Shown piece after piece: positions 10,633 through 19,712 of a stretch of 25,245 nt of DNA. The notes beneath the pieces are model-generated. The model ran no database searches and was not told where the DNA came from. It worked only from the letters and a program-made list of their open reading frames with translations. This DNA comes from Pachysolen tannophilus NRRL Y-2460 (Eukaryota). Numbering within the stretch: position 1 is the stretch's first letter; the number at the start of each line of letters is the position of its first letter. The position numbers were made by a program, and so were the translations under genes. The stretch is from positions 625,981 through 651,225 of the forward strand of contig KV454013.1 of assembly GCA_001661245.1 (NCBI GenBank), in the 5' to 3' direction.

Positions 10633-11421
10633 CTAACATGCACAATTTGCATTATTTGCACCAGCATCGATTGGTGCGTTTAGATCAACTCTACCGTTAT
10701 TATTGTCGTCATTATCACCGCGGCCAGCAGACAAACCCAATCCACCATCATTATTCTTCTTTTTACCACTTGGGATTTTATTACCAATTGCCATAAATAC
10801 TTCATTAACGTTGTATGCGGTTTTAGCACTTGTTTCAAAAAATAACAAATTTTCTTCTTCAGCAAGATTTTGCCCTTCTTCAATACTAACTTTTCTATTA
10901 CTTTCTATTTCTTCTCCTTCTTCATTATTTTTACTAATTAAATCATATTTATTTCCACATAAAGCAATGATAATATCTTTTGAAGCTTGCTCATGTAATT
11001 CTTTAACCCAATGTCTCGCCTTAATAAAACTAGCCGGTTTAGTTATATCATATACAACCAAAGCCGCTTGTGCATTACGATAATACATTGGTGCAAGTGA
11101 AGCAAATCTTTCTTGACCAGCTGTATCCCATATTTCAAATTTTATAGTCTTATCACCAATTGTACATCTTTGAGTTAAAAACGCTGCTCCAATTGTAGGT
11201 TCTATTCAATAAAATTCAAAAATTTTAATGTTAGTAAAAATGAAGTTTTAAAAAAAAAAAAAAAAAAAAAATTATAAATTCACAAATTAAATATAAAACT
11301 TACCTTTATTTTCTTGAAAGTCATTACTGACAAATCGTAGAACAAGTGACGATTTTCCAACCGCAGCTTCTCCTAATAACACTAACTTCACAGCTGTTGT
11401 TGGTTTATTTGCAGAACTCAT
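10633..11421 (-). CDS. VPS21: Rab5-family GTPase Vps21/Ypt51 (pre-duplication VPS21/YPT53 ortholog), complement(join(10633..11201,11304..11421)), 228 aa
   Basis: Exon 1 encodes [39 protein letters not shown]. Exon 2 encodes [11 protein letters not shown]…[28 protein letters not shown]…GNKYD…ETSAK and ends in a CAC (CXC) prenylation motif. Confidence 0.95.
11202..11303 (-). other. Spliceosomal intron, 102 nt, phase 1
   Basis: On the minus strand: GTAAGT 11303-11298, internal poly-T, TACTAAC 11236-11230, TAG 11204-11202. Removal gives G+AA = Glu of the [11 protein letters not shown] effector loop. Confidence 0.95.
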
Positions 11422-11889
11422 TTAAGCTCAAGTTATATTTATCTATCGCACACACTATGAACCTAATAGTTACCGTAAATAAATAAAAAAAAAACCAAAA
11501 AAAAAAGGAAGATTATTATCACCCAAACTGACTAATTGTGATTTAACAGATATATTCAACCACCTATTCTTATTCTATTGAAACCCTATTTTATTTCGTT
11601 CTTTTTATCTATCTGTTCTAAGCTCAATATTTATCAGAGCAGTTCAAATTTTGAAATGAGAGAAAACCTTTTGTAACTTACGACACTACTGTTTTTCTGT
11701 TACTTTTGTTTTATTTGGTGAAGATTAGTTATTACCAACGACGACAACGACGACAAGATTATTCCAATTTTTTAGGATAAGATGAGTTATCTATTATATC
11801 TACAATGGTTTAATGGATATCATATAATACTGAATAAAAAGCAATAATATATATATATATATATTTAACAGAAAATGATGAATCTTGTA

Positions 11890-13674
11890 CTACAATTTCG
11901 GAGCAATGTAACCACCTTTTTCGTTAGTTGCTTTGGTGTTCATCTCTAATCTGCCTTCATCATTAGGAGTTTCTCTATCTTTTCCAAAAAATACCACAAT
12001 CACTGTGAGATCATCTCTATAACGTCTAGATAATGGTGATGGGATACTAGAGAGCATTTCACAATGTTCCTTGGAACCACCATTAGATAAGGCATTTCTT
12101 ATTAAATGAGTTGAAACGTTATTATCTTCCAAAATATAACTAAAATCTTGATTTGTATTTGTTCTTCTAAAAGCTTGTTTTGAAGATTCTGGAGTTGCTG
12201 TTAAATCTACAACTTTTGGTAATTTCTTATCTTCTCCTGTGAAATATGATAATTTAAAATTTTGAACAAAACTAGAACTAGTATTATTAGTTTGAATAAT
12301 ATTTTCTCTATTATTTGTTTCAAAAAATTTATTTTTTTCTGTCCATCTAACAACTAATCCAACAATTTCTTCATTTGTTAACATCTCATATAAACCATCA
12401 GAAGCCATTACTAAAAATTGATTTTTTGATTCATCAATCTTAGTTGTTGTAATAACTGGTTCTGCTGTAACATAAGGTGGACTTTCTAAATTTGGTGGTG
12501 ATTTTCTACCAAAAAATTTATTATAAACTTTCAGTTGAATATCCAGCGACCATTTATATCTTGCATCTCCAAAAGATCTACTTGGTTCTAATGATCCCAA
12601 GATTCTTCCATTTCTAATAGCATTTGGTTCATTTGGATGTTCTGATTTGATTCTTTCAACTTCTTCTGGGTTAGAACCAGTTTGATCAATACTTAATTGA
12701 TTAACTGTCCATTGTGAACCATCTTCATTTAATGATCCTAACAAAGCCCTAGAGTCTCCTGCAACTGCAACTTTTAAAATTTTTGAATGTGTATCATAAA
12801 AACTTAATAATCCACAAGAACCACTTAATGCAGGCATTAATAAATTCAGAACTGATGTTTTATCAATTGTAGAATTAAATAATTTTTCAATAGATTTATT
12901 AACAATTTCATCATCCAATTTTAAAAACCCGGATTTGATAGCATCATCTATAGTTTCAGAACTAGGAACAATTCTTAACTTTCTATCTGGATTGAATTTA
13001 TAAATTTCATCTAATTGATTAATAACATGATCAATTAATTCATCTTTTAATTTGGCAGATGTATTCCATCCAGCATGACCATCAAATACTCCCCAAAACA
13101 TCCAATCAGTATTCACCTCTTGATTGGTCTTATCATCTATAATAGGAACTTGAACAATTTTTTCACTTTTAGCATCTTCAATAGGATTATTACTTGGTAA
13201 TTGAGCCATATCATACCTAGTAACACCTTTCCCACGATTAACCATATAACTTTCTTCTAAAATTAATCCAGAGAAAAAAACTGCCGCTGCAGCAATATTT
13301 TTAACCAGATTTTTCATCTTTTTATTCGTCTCTTCTTCACCAGAGTTTGTCTTGTATTTATTTCTATCAGCAGCCGTTGATAAATTTCTTTGAAGTAGCT
13401 GTGGTACCGACTGAACAGTGGAATTAGTACTTGCACTTGTACTAGTACTTGTACTATTACTATTAGTATTACTAGGTTTCAAAGAAGATGCTGAACCTAT
13501 TGCTACCACTGTATTTGAACCTTGACGAGATGAAGCAGCATATAACCTATTTAAAACTAAAACACTGCAATCACTTTTAGCTTTCAATCTTAAACGTATT
13601 AAACTCCCAATAAAACTTCTTGCTGAATAGAAATTTTTAATAGCTGAATATTTCACTGGAGATTCTAATCCCAT
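11890..13674 (-). CDS. PTC5: PP2C-type pyruvate dehydrogenase phosphatase Ptc5 with mitochondrial presequence and C-terminal PTS1-like PKL
   Basis: Motifs RYDMAQLPSNNPIED, FWGVFDGHAG, PALSGSC, GDSRA, LEPSRSFGDARYK, PPYVTAEP, MASDGLYEML and SRRYRDDLTV. R/S-rich N-terminus; ends in -APKL. Confidence 0.93.
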   Translation of the reverse strand: MGLESPVKYSAIKNFYSARSFIGSLIRLRLKAKSDCSVLVLNRLYAASSRQGSNTVVAIGSASSLKPSNTNSNSTSTSTSASTNSTVQSVPQLLQRNLSTAADRNKYKTNSGEEETNKKMKNLVKNIAAAAVFFSGLILEESYMVNRGKGVTRYDMAQLPSNNPIEDAKSEKIVQVPIIDDKTNQEVNTDWMFWGVFDGHAGWNTSAKLKDELIDHVINQLDEIYKFNPDRKLRIVPSSETIDDAIKSGFLKLDDEIVNKSIEKLFNSTIDKTSVLNLLMPALSGSCGLLSFYDTHSKILKVAVAGDSRALLGSLNEDGSQWTVNQLSIDQTGSNPEEVERIKSEHPNEPNAIRNGRILGSLEPSRSFGDARYKWSLDIQLKVYNKFFGRKSPPNLESPPYVTAEPVITTTKIDESKNQFLVMASDGLYEMLTNEEIVGLVVRWTEKNKFFETNNRENIIQTNNTSSSFVQNFKLSYFTGEDKKLPKVVDLTATPESSKQAFRRTNTNQDFSYILEDNNVSTHLIRNALSNGGSKEHCEMLSSIPSPLSRRYRDDLTVIVVFFGKDRETPNDEGRLEMNTKATNEKGGYIAPKL

Positions 13675-14122
13675 TCTTTAGAGAAAAAAAAAAAAAAAAA
13701 AGTTAAAAGTACAATCCTCAATTTAATCAGTTCAATTGATCTACCACCAATACAACACAGAATCTATTTTACCTTTTATTATTCTTATCATTGCTATTCA
13801 TGTTGTTGTTGTTGTTGTTGATGATGGTTTTGATACCGCCCTGTCGCAAAAACGCACTCTTTCTTTTAGCTATGTGGCTGATAGTTACCTAAAAAAGAAA
13901 GCAAAACCTCCAGCCACTGTGTTTTCTCAATTTGGAAGGCAAAATAAATGTGGCTGAGCAATTGTAAATTTTTTTTTTTTTTTTTTTTTCAGCGCAAAAA
14001 GAAGAAGAAGAAGAGAAAATTGAAGAAAACTAAAGAAAACTATAAAAATATAATTATTTATTCATTGGCCAAAAAAAAAAAGTAAATTATTTAAAAGTAT
14101 AATAGAAGTAATAGAGTCCAAG

Positions 14123-15226
14123 ATGCCTCCAAAGAAGGGAAAGCAAGTGGATAATTCAAAGGCCAAGCTTAAAAAGGCTCAAAAGTCGGCTGAAGATAAG
14201 ACGTTTGGATTGAAGAATAAAAATAAATCAAAGAAGGTTCAACAATTTGTTAATCAGGTTCAAGGACAAGTTAGTGAGGCTCAAAGGAAAAAAGAAGATG
14301 CTGCTGCGAAAAAGGCTTTGGCTGAGAAGAAGGCAGCAGAGGCTGCGAAGTTGGAGGCTGCAAAGTTATTCCAACCAGTTTTAGTTCAAAAAGTTCCATT
14401 TGGTGTTGATCCTAAATCTATATTATGTATTTATGTGAAACAAAAAATGACATGTCCAAAAGGTGCAAAGAAGTGTAAGTTTTCTCATGATATCAATGTT
14501 GAGAGGAAAAGTGAGAAGATCGATTTATATTCTGATGGAAGAGAACAAAAGGAAGTTGATACGATGGAAAATTGGGATGAAGCTAAATTAAGATCGGTCA
14601 TTTTATCAAAACATGGTAACCCAAAGACAACAACGGATAAAATTTGTAAACATTTCATAGAAGCTGTTGAAAATGGTAAGTATGGTTGGCTTTGGATTTG
14701 TCCAAATGGTGGGAATGAATGTAAATATAGACATTCTTTACCGCCAGGATTTGTATTAAAGACAAAAGAACAGAAAAGATTAGAAAAATTAGCGTTGGAA
14801 CAACAACCAAAGATTACTTTAGAAGATTTTATAGAAACTGAAAGAGGAAAATTATCAAGAGATAAATTGACTCCAATTACATTAGAAAGTTTTGCAAAAT
14901 GGAAAAAAACTCATAATCAAAGATTACAATCAGAGAAGGAAAAACAACAACAATTATCAAATGGTAAGAAAGTATTAACCGGAAGGGAATTTGTCATACA
15001 AAGATTTGCCGATAAATTCTATAAAGAAGAAGAAAACGAAAATGATAGAGCATTTGATCTTTCTACGTTTAAAAGGCAAACAGATGATGAAGAAAATGGG
15101 GAAGTTAAAGATTATGGAGATGGTTCTACAGCTTTTGCTCAGTCGCAATTTTCAAATTCTACCACAGAAAAGACAGAAAAACCACAGGAAATTTTACAAA
15201 AAGGGATTGAAACATTAGCTTTGTAG
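14123..15226 (+). CDS. TMA46: Translation machinery-associated protein Tma46 (DFRP1/ZC3H15; two CCCH fingers)
   Basis: Motifs MPPKK, DKTFGLKNKNKSKKVQ, QKVPFGVDPKS, CKHFIEAVENGKYGW.W.CPNGG..CKYRHSLPPGFVLK and ITLEDFIETER. Confidence 0.95.
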   Translation: MPPKKGKQVDNSKAKLKKAQKSAEDKTFGLKNKNKSKKVQQFVNQVQGQVSEAQRKKEDAAAKKALAEKKAAEAAKLEAAKLFQPVLVQKVPFGVDPKSILCIYVKQKMTCPKGAKKCKFSHDINVERKSEKIDLYSDGREQKEVDTMENWDEAKLRSVILSKHGNPKTTTDKICKHFIEAVENGKYGWLWICPNGGNECKYRHSLPPGFVLKTKEQKRLEKLALEQQPKITLEDFIETERGKLSRDKLTPITLESFAKWKKTHNQRLQSEKEKQQQLSNGKKVLTGREFVIQRFADKFYKEEENENDRAFDLSTFKRQTDDEENGEVKDYGDGSTAFAQSQFSNSTTEKTEKPQEILQKGIETLAL

Positions 15227-15299
15227 GGATTAAGCATTCTACAGGATAGACAAAACAACAACATAAAACGGAAAAATTTGGCATTATTATGTTCTCTGC

Positions 15300-15372
15300 T
15301 ATATATATATATATATATATATTAATTATTTAATTTTTTTTNTTTTTTTTTTTTTTTATTTTTTATTTTTTA
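15300..15372. repeat. (TA)n plus poly-T tract between convergent TMA46 and TDP1 (ambiguous base N at 15342)
   Basis: Read directly from the sequence; probable 3'-end formation region. Confidence 0.75.
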
Positions 15373-15561
15373 TTCTCTTAATGTGTATTTCAATACTGCA
15401 ATAATAGTTTCGAATTCATGAGATGAACCTGATTTTAAATAAGAAAACTAAACCTCCGAAGCAAAAAAGAAAAAAAAAACCTAAACAAAGAACTAGCGCA
15501 AAAAATCAAATACTATTACAAAGAAACTACTTACTTAACCTTGAAAAAAAAAAGGTACTTG

Positions 15562-17328
15562 TTACAAGTCAAACTTACACCATGGCTTATCACTTTCATC
15601 ATATTTTTGAGGTGGTAACTTGAATGGCAACCTAATAGGAACCAATTTTTCGTCTGCACCGTCTAATCGTCTCCCTACTGTTTCAAGTTTATTTGTATCA
15701 AAAACAGGAACAAATTTAGCGTGTTCATCAAAAGTTTTGGGATCTAACAAAACTCCAACTTCCCAATTATTACATCTCAATGACCTAGAATCTGAGTTAC
15801 CTGATTTAGATTTTGCTACGGGATAACCCCAAGCCGATTTACTCAAATTCATAGATCCGATGAATATCCACTCTAAAGTTGCAAAATCGTCCTTTGAAGT
15901 GCAATATATTTTAGAATGGTTATTCACAAAAAATTTGTTTGATTCCAGCATACTCCTTTTATAAAAAAAATCTTTCAATAACTCATCATATTGAGATTTC
16001 CCCCTTTTGTTAACATTATCGTAAATCAAACAACCAGCACCCATTAACCCTCGCTGAGCCATAAATAATTCAGACCGTGTTGGAAATAAAATAATAGGCT
16101 CAATTTTTGTCAATAAATTATCAAGCTCATCTCTACCAGGAGCTAGTGGGAAATCTTGTCCCAAAATAAGAGGACACAAGATATGTGTAAAAATATTTGA
16201 AGAACCTTTAATTCCGTACCTAAATGGTCCTGCAATTGTAGAAACTTGAGATAATATTTTTAAATGTTGATCTTCTTTTAAAGTTGGAAATAATTGTTGA
16301 TTTTTAAGATGTTCGTGAAATTTCAAGTATCCAAATTCTCCATGTGAAACTCCTGGTGTAGATGATACAAACGATGCTTTAACACTGCTAAATGAATATT
16401 TTTGAATTTCTTTGACTAAATTTTTCATTTCTTGTCGCTTATATTGTAATAAATAATCACAGAGATCTTTCTTGAAAGGCTCTTGTATCTTATTTTTACT
16501 ATTTGGTTGTAATAATGGCAACAAGTCTGACTTCCAAAAGCAACCACCTAATGCTCCATATTCAGCCAATGTAAAATTCGATGTAGAAATAAATACCTGT
16601 AAATGTCCTGTTGTATGAAAATTAATAACCATTTTAGAATGATGACAAGACCACTCAGTTATTAAACTTTTAACGTCATGGTACACAATGTGTTGACTAT
16701 CATGTATTTCATTATAAACATTTTGAGCTATGATATGAGTCTCAACGTCGGACGATTTGAAACTATTAACCACCAAATCCACATCTAGTTCAAAAGAGAA
16801 AACATAAGTCTTGTATAGAGATTTAGAATCAAAAATTGAACTAATAGAAGTACTATTTGGAGGATGTATGGCAGGAGTATTAAATATTATTATTGGCGAT
16901 TCTTCTGGTATTCTCGTTTCTGTTTTCCTTGATTCAATTCCCAAACTATGAGGTTTTCTTTCATTTTTCACCTGTGACACATTCTCATCATGAGTTTCTT
17001 CAAGTGACTCTGTTTCTGAATATTCGGTATCATCATCATCATCATCATTTATGATCACAACATTATCACTACATTCACTTTTGATATTCGTTTCATTCGT
17101 GTGATCAATTCGTATCTTTCTCTTCTTTGCTAAAGATCTTACCACTTCACCATCTTCATCTGATTGACTATCTATCATTATTGGATCATCATGTTGATTT
17201 AAGAAATTTTCTTTGCCAATATTTGTTCTCTCGCTCTCTTCCACCTCACCTTTTGACTTCAACTTCTCATACTTATTAACCCAATAACTAGCCACAACAT
17301 TCTGGACATCAGACCTTTGTCGGTTCAT
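15562..17328 (-). CDS. TDP1: Tyrosyl-DNA phosphodiesterase 1 (PLD superfamily)
   Basis: Two HxK…N motifs, CHHSKM…ISTSN and NHSKIY…WIFIGSMNLSKSAWG. Also NWEVGVL and the terminal PIRLPFKLPPQKYDESDKPW. Confidence 0.92.
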   Translation of the reverse strand: MNRQRSDVQNVVASYWVNKYEKLKSKGEVEESERTNIGKENFLNQHDDPIMIDSQSDEDGEVVRSLAKKRKIRIDHTNETNIKSECSDNVVIINDDDDDDTEYSETESLEETHDENVSQVKNERKPHSLGIESRKTETRIPEESPIIIFNTPAIHPPNSTSISSIFDSKSLYKTYVFSFELDVDLVVNSFKSSDVETHIIAQNVYNEIHDSQHIVYHDVKSLITEWSCHHSKMVINFHTTGHLQVFISTSNFTLAEYGALGGCFWKSDLLPLLQPNSKNKIQEPFKKDLCDYLLQYKRQEMKNLVKEIQKYSFSSVKASFVSSTPGVSHGEFGYLKFHEHLKNQQLFPTLKEDQHLKILSQVSTIAGPFRYGIKGSSNIFTHILCPLILGQDFPLAPGRDELDNLLTKIEPIILFPTRSELFMAQRGLMGAGCLIYDNVNKRGKSQYDELLKDFFYKRSMLESNKFFVNNHSKIYCTSKDDFATLEWIFIGSMNLSKSAWGYPVAKSKSGNSDSRSLRCNNWEVGVLLDPKTFDEHAKFVPVFDTNKLETVGRRLDGADEKLVPIRLPFKLPPQKYDESDKPWCKFDL

Positions 17329-17573
17329 GATACCCTAGACACTCAATACCGTATGGTAATTAAAGATTTGCCACAACTTAATTCGAAACATCTACAAATA
17401 GCTTACGGTTAAGAAACAAAAAAAAAATATTATATAATAACACTGTGCGGTTAAACAGCGTTTATATCCGAATTTATAAATATATAAAAACCACATTGAC
17501 TAAACCATTAGATATCAAAAGAAAATACAAAGAAATTTATGCAAAATGGAAATGAAATGAAAAATAAATGCAA

Positions 17574-19712
17574 TTACTTGAGGTATTCCGAAACTTTCTT
17601 CAAACACTCATCCTTTATATCGTCGACGTCAAACCAGAATTTGAGGTCGACATCATTCGGTAAATCTTTTACAACCCTCATTATTCTTTCTCTCCATAAT
17701 TCTGCTTTTCTGTCATACTCGATTGTTGTCATATAGTTATCTTGATCGCTTGGCATGACAATAGAGTTATCAAGACTATTTGAAGTAATTTGGGAATAGC
17801 CCAAGGGATCACGATCACGAACTCTTCTTGGTGGCAACGTTGGAGATGAAGATACTGCTAAATGAGACGAGGAAGCAGAAAAAGGAGATGTTGGTCTCGA
17901 ACTGTCTAAAAATGTCGAGCGAGCCGGTAAGGGTGGTCTTGTTTCTTCGATGCTATATCCTTCAAAAGTTCTTGTAAGTTGTCTTGATATTTCAGTGGGC
18001 GAAGGTGAGCCATCAATATTAACAAAATGTTCGACGGAATCAAAGGTATTCTCATGTTCCGACTTACTCGTTTTGTTTCCCCTTAAAGAACTTGGTTTGT
18101 TTGGAATCATTGGGGAATATTTTTTGCTTTGTCGCGGAAGAGGAGCAGAACGGGGTAAAGGAGGAGGAGGTGGTGGTGGATGAGAAAATTCCAAAAGTGA
18201 AGTCAAAGGTGCGCTATGATTTTGGTTGATTGAACTTTTATGGTTATCTTTGATTTCTGAATCTAAATCAATTAAGTCTGAATGAATTTCACTTTTCGTT
18301 GACAGATCTGCTGATAGCGATGAAGCTTCTGTATTTTGAAATCGATCTTTATCTCTATTTGTTAATGCTTTCAAAATTTCATTGTAAACTTTATTATCAT
18401 CTAAATCAGAAAGCGAATGTGGAACAATTCTAATATAAATTGCCAATACTTGTTTTGGGTGATCTTTTGCTATGCTCAAATAAGTTTCCAAATCTTGTTC
18501 TCCTGAATCACCAATCATAATAAACTTTCTATTTGAAAAATCACTAACTATCTTGGAAATTGCTGGTCTCTTACGCTGAGATGACAGTTGCATTAAACTT
18601 GACAATAAATTACCTGTATATTGTTTCAAATGTATAGATCCAATAGGAAGACCAATAGTTTCTATAAATTGATAAATAGGATAATATAATTGCCATGGAG
18701 AATTTGAAACGTAATGAAAAGCACAATTTTTCTTTGCCAATGATGAATACCAAGATGCTATTTTCGGGACTTCACAATCTTTGAATTCTTTTACAAATAC
18801 GTTTCTAAATAAATCTCTCTTATCACCTACAACACCTGTAACTCTCACAGTATCATCAACATCACTAATTATAGATATTCCTTCATTTGGGACAATGTTA
18901 ACTTCGTTAAAACTAAATATACTTTCGTTTTCCACTGCTACAGCTTGGACAACTGAAGGTTCATAATCAGTGACAATTGAGCATTCAAAAGTACCATTGA
19001 CGTCTGCGTTAACATAATTCGAGATCAATTTATCTAAACCTAGTTTCTTTTCGGAACCTATTGTAATTTTTAACTTTGCATAAGATATAGATCTCGATAA
19101 AAATCCTGCTAATCTTTCTTTTAAAATATTTTCTGAATTAGACGCTACCGATGAAGCCGAAGCTGTTGAAACACTAGATGGGCTAGTTTCATCTTTCCTT
19201 AAAGAGGCATATGGTGATTTAGGCTCTGGTTCTGGTTCCAAACTACTTAATAAATCAGGATTATTTACCTTATCACTCAATTGTCCCTGTAATTCTTCGA
19301 CAGCTTCAGGTGGAGCTCCAGTGACTTTTGTCATTTGTCTTGCTAACGACAAAATTAACCTATTTTTCCTTGTCATTGCACCATTACAATAAATCCAACC
19401 TTTAACATCAGTGACATATTTTTTCTCTTTCAGGTTATATCGAGTGTAAGTATTATATAACGATAATTTAGAATTTGCTGGGATTCCTTCTAATTCATCT
19501 GAAATAGTGAATTTTTGAGTTGCAAAATTTGTAATTGACGATGCTATAGTGGGAATATATGTATCTTTAGTTGATTTGACCATACCCATCAATTTCGATC
19601 TCCTTGAAATATTACCGCTATTTTGATTGTTATTGCCACTAATGTTACCATTATCACCATATTGAGGAGGAGCGCTTTCAGGTCTAAAGTCATACTCAGA
19701 TTCTGGATGCAT
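17574..19712 (-). CDS. APP1: Phosphatidate phosphatase App1 (actin patch protein 1), from first ATG 19712; frame remains open upstream to 20012
   Basis: IISDVDDT (DxDxT catalytic motif), FHYVSNSPWQLY, GSIHLKQY, FIMIGDSGEQDLETY and AIYIR; proline-rich PxLPxR motifs. Confidence 0.92.
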   Translation of the reverse strand: MHPESEYDFRPESAPPQYGDNGNISGNNNQNSGNISRRSKLMGMVKSTKDTYIPTIASSITNFATQKFTISDELEGIPANSKLSLYNTYTRYNLKEKKYVTDVKGWIYCNGAMTRKNRLILSLARQMTKVTGAPPEAVEELQGQLSDKVNNPDLLSSLEPEPEPKSPYASLRKDETSPSSVSTASASSVASNSENILKERLAGFLSRSISYAKLKITIGSEKKLGLDKLISNYVNADVNGTFECSIVTDYEPSVVQAVAVENESIFSFNEVNIVPNEGISIISDVDDTVRVTGVVGDKRDLFRNVFVKEFKDCEVPKIASWYSSLAKKNCAFHYVSNSPWQLYYPIYQFIETIGLPIGSIHLKQYTGNLLSSLMQLSSQRKRPAISKIVSDFSNRKFIMIGDSGEQDLETYLSIAKDHPKQVLAIYIRIVPHSLSDLDDNKVYNEILKALTNRDKDRFQNTEASSLSADLSTKSEIHSDLIDLDSEIKDNHKSSINQNHSAPLTSLLEFSHPPPPPPPLPRSAPLPRQSKKYSPMIPNKPSSLRGNKTSKSEHENTFDSVEHFVNIDGSPSPTEISRQLTRTFEGYSIEETRPPLPARSTFLDSSRPTSPFSASSSHLAVSSSPTLPPRRVRDRDPLGYSQITSNSLDNSIVMPSDQDNYMTTIEYDRKAELWRERIMRVVKDLPNDVDLKFWFDVDDIKDECLKKVSEYLK

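Noticed and set aside
10680..11083. ORFs 10680-10883 (-) and 10703-11083 (+)
   Set aside because: Out-of-frame and antisense shadows of VPS21 exon 2.
13736..13957. 73-aa + strand ORF with a hydrophobic stretch
   Set aside because: TTG start; the poly-Val comes from a (GTT)n microsatellite in the PTC5/TMA46 divergent promoter.
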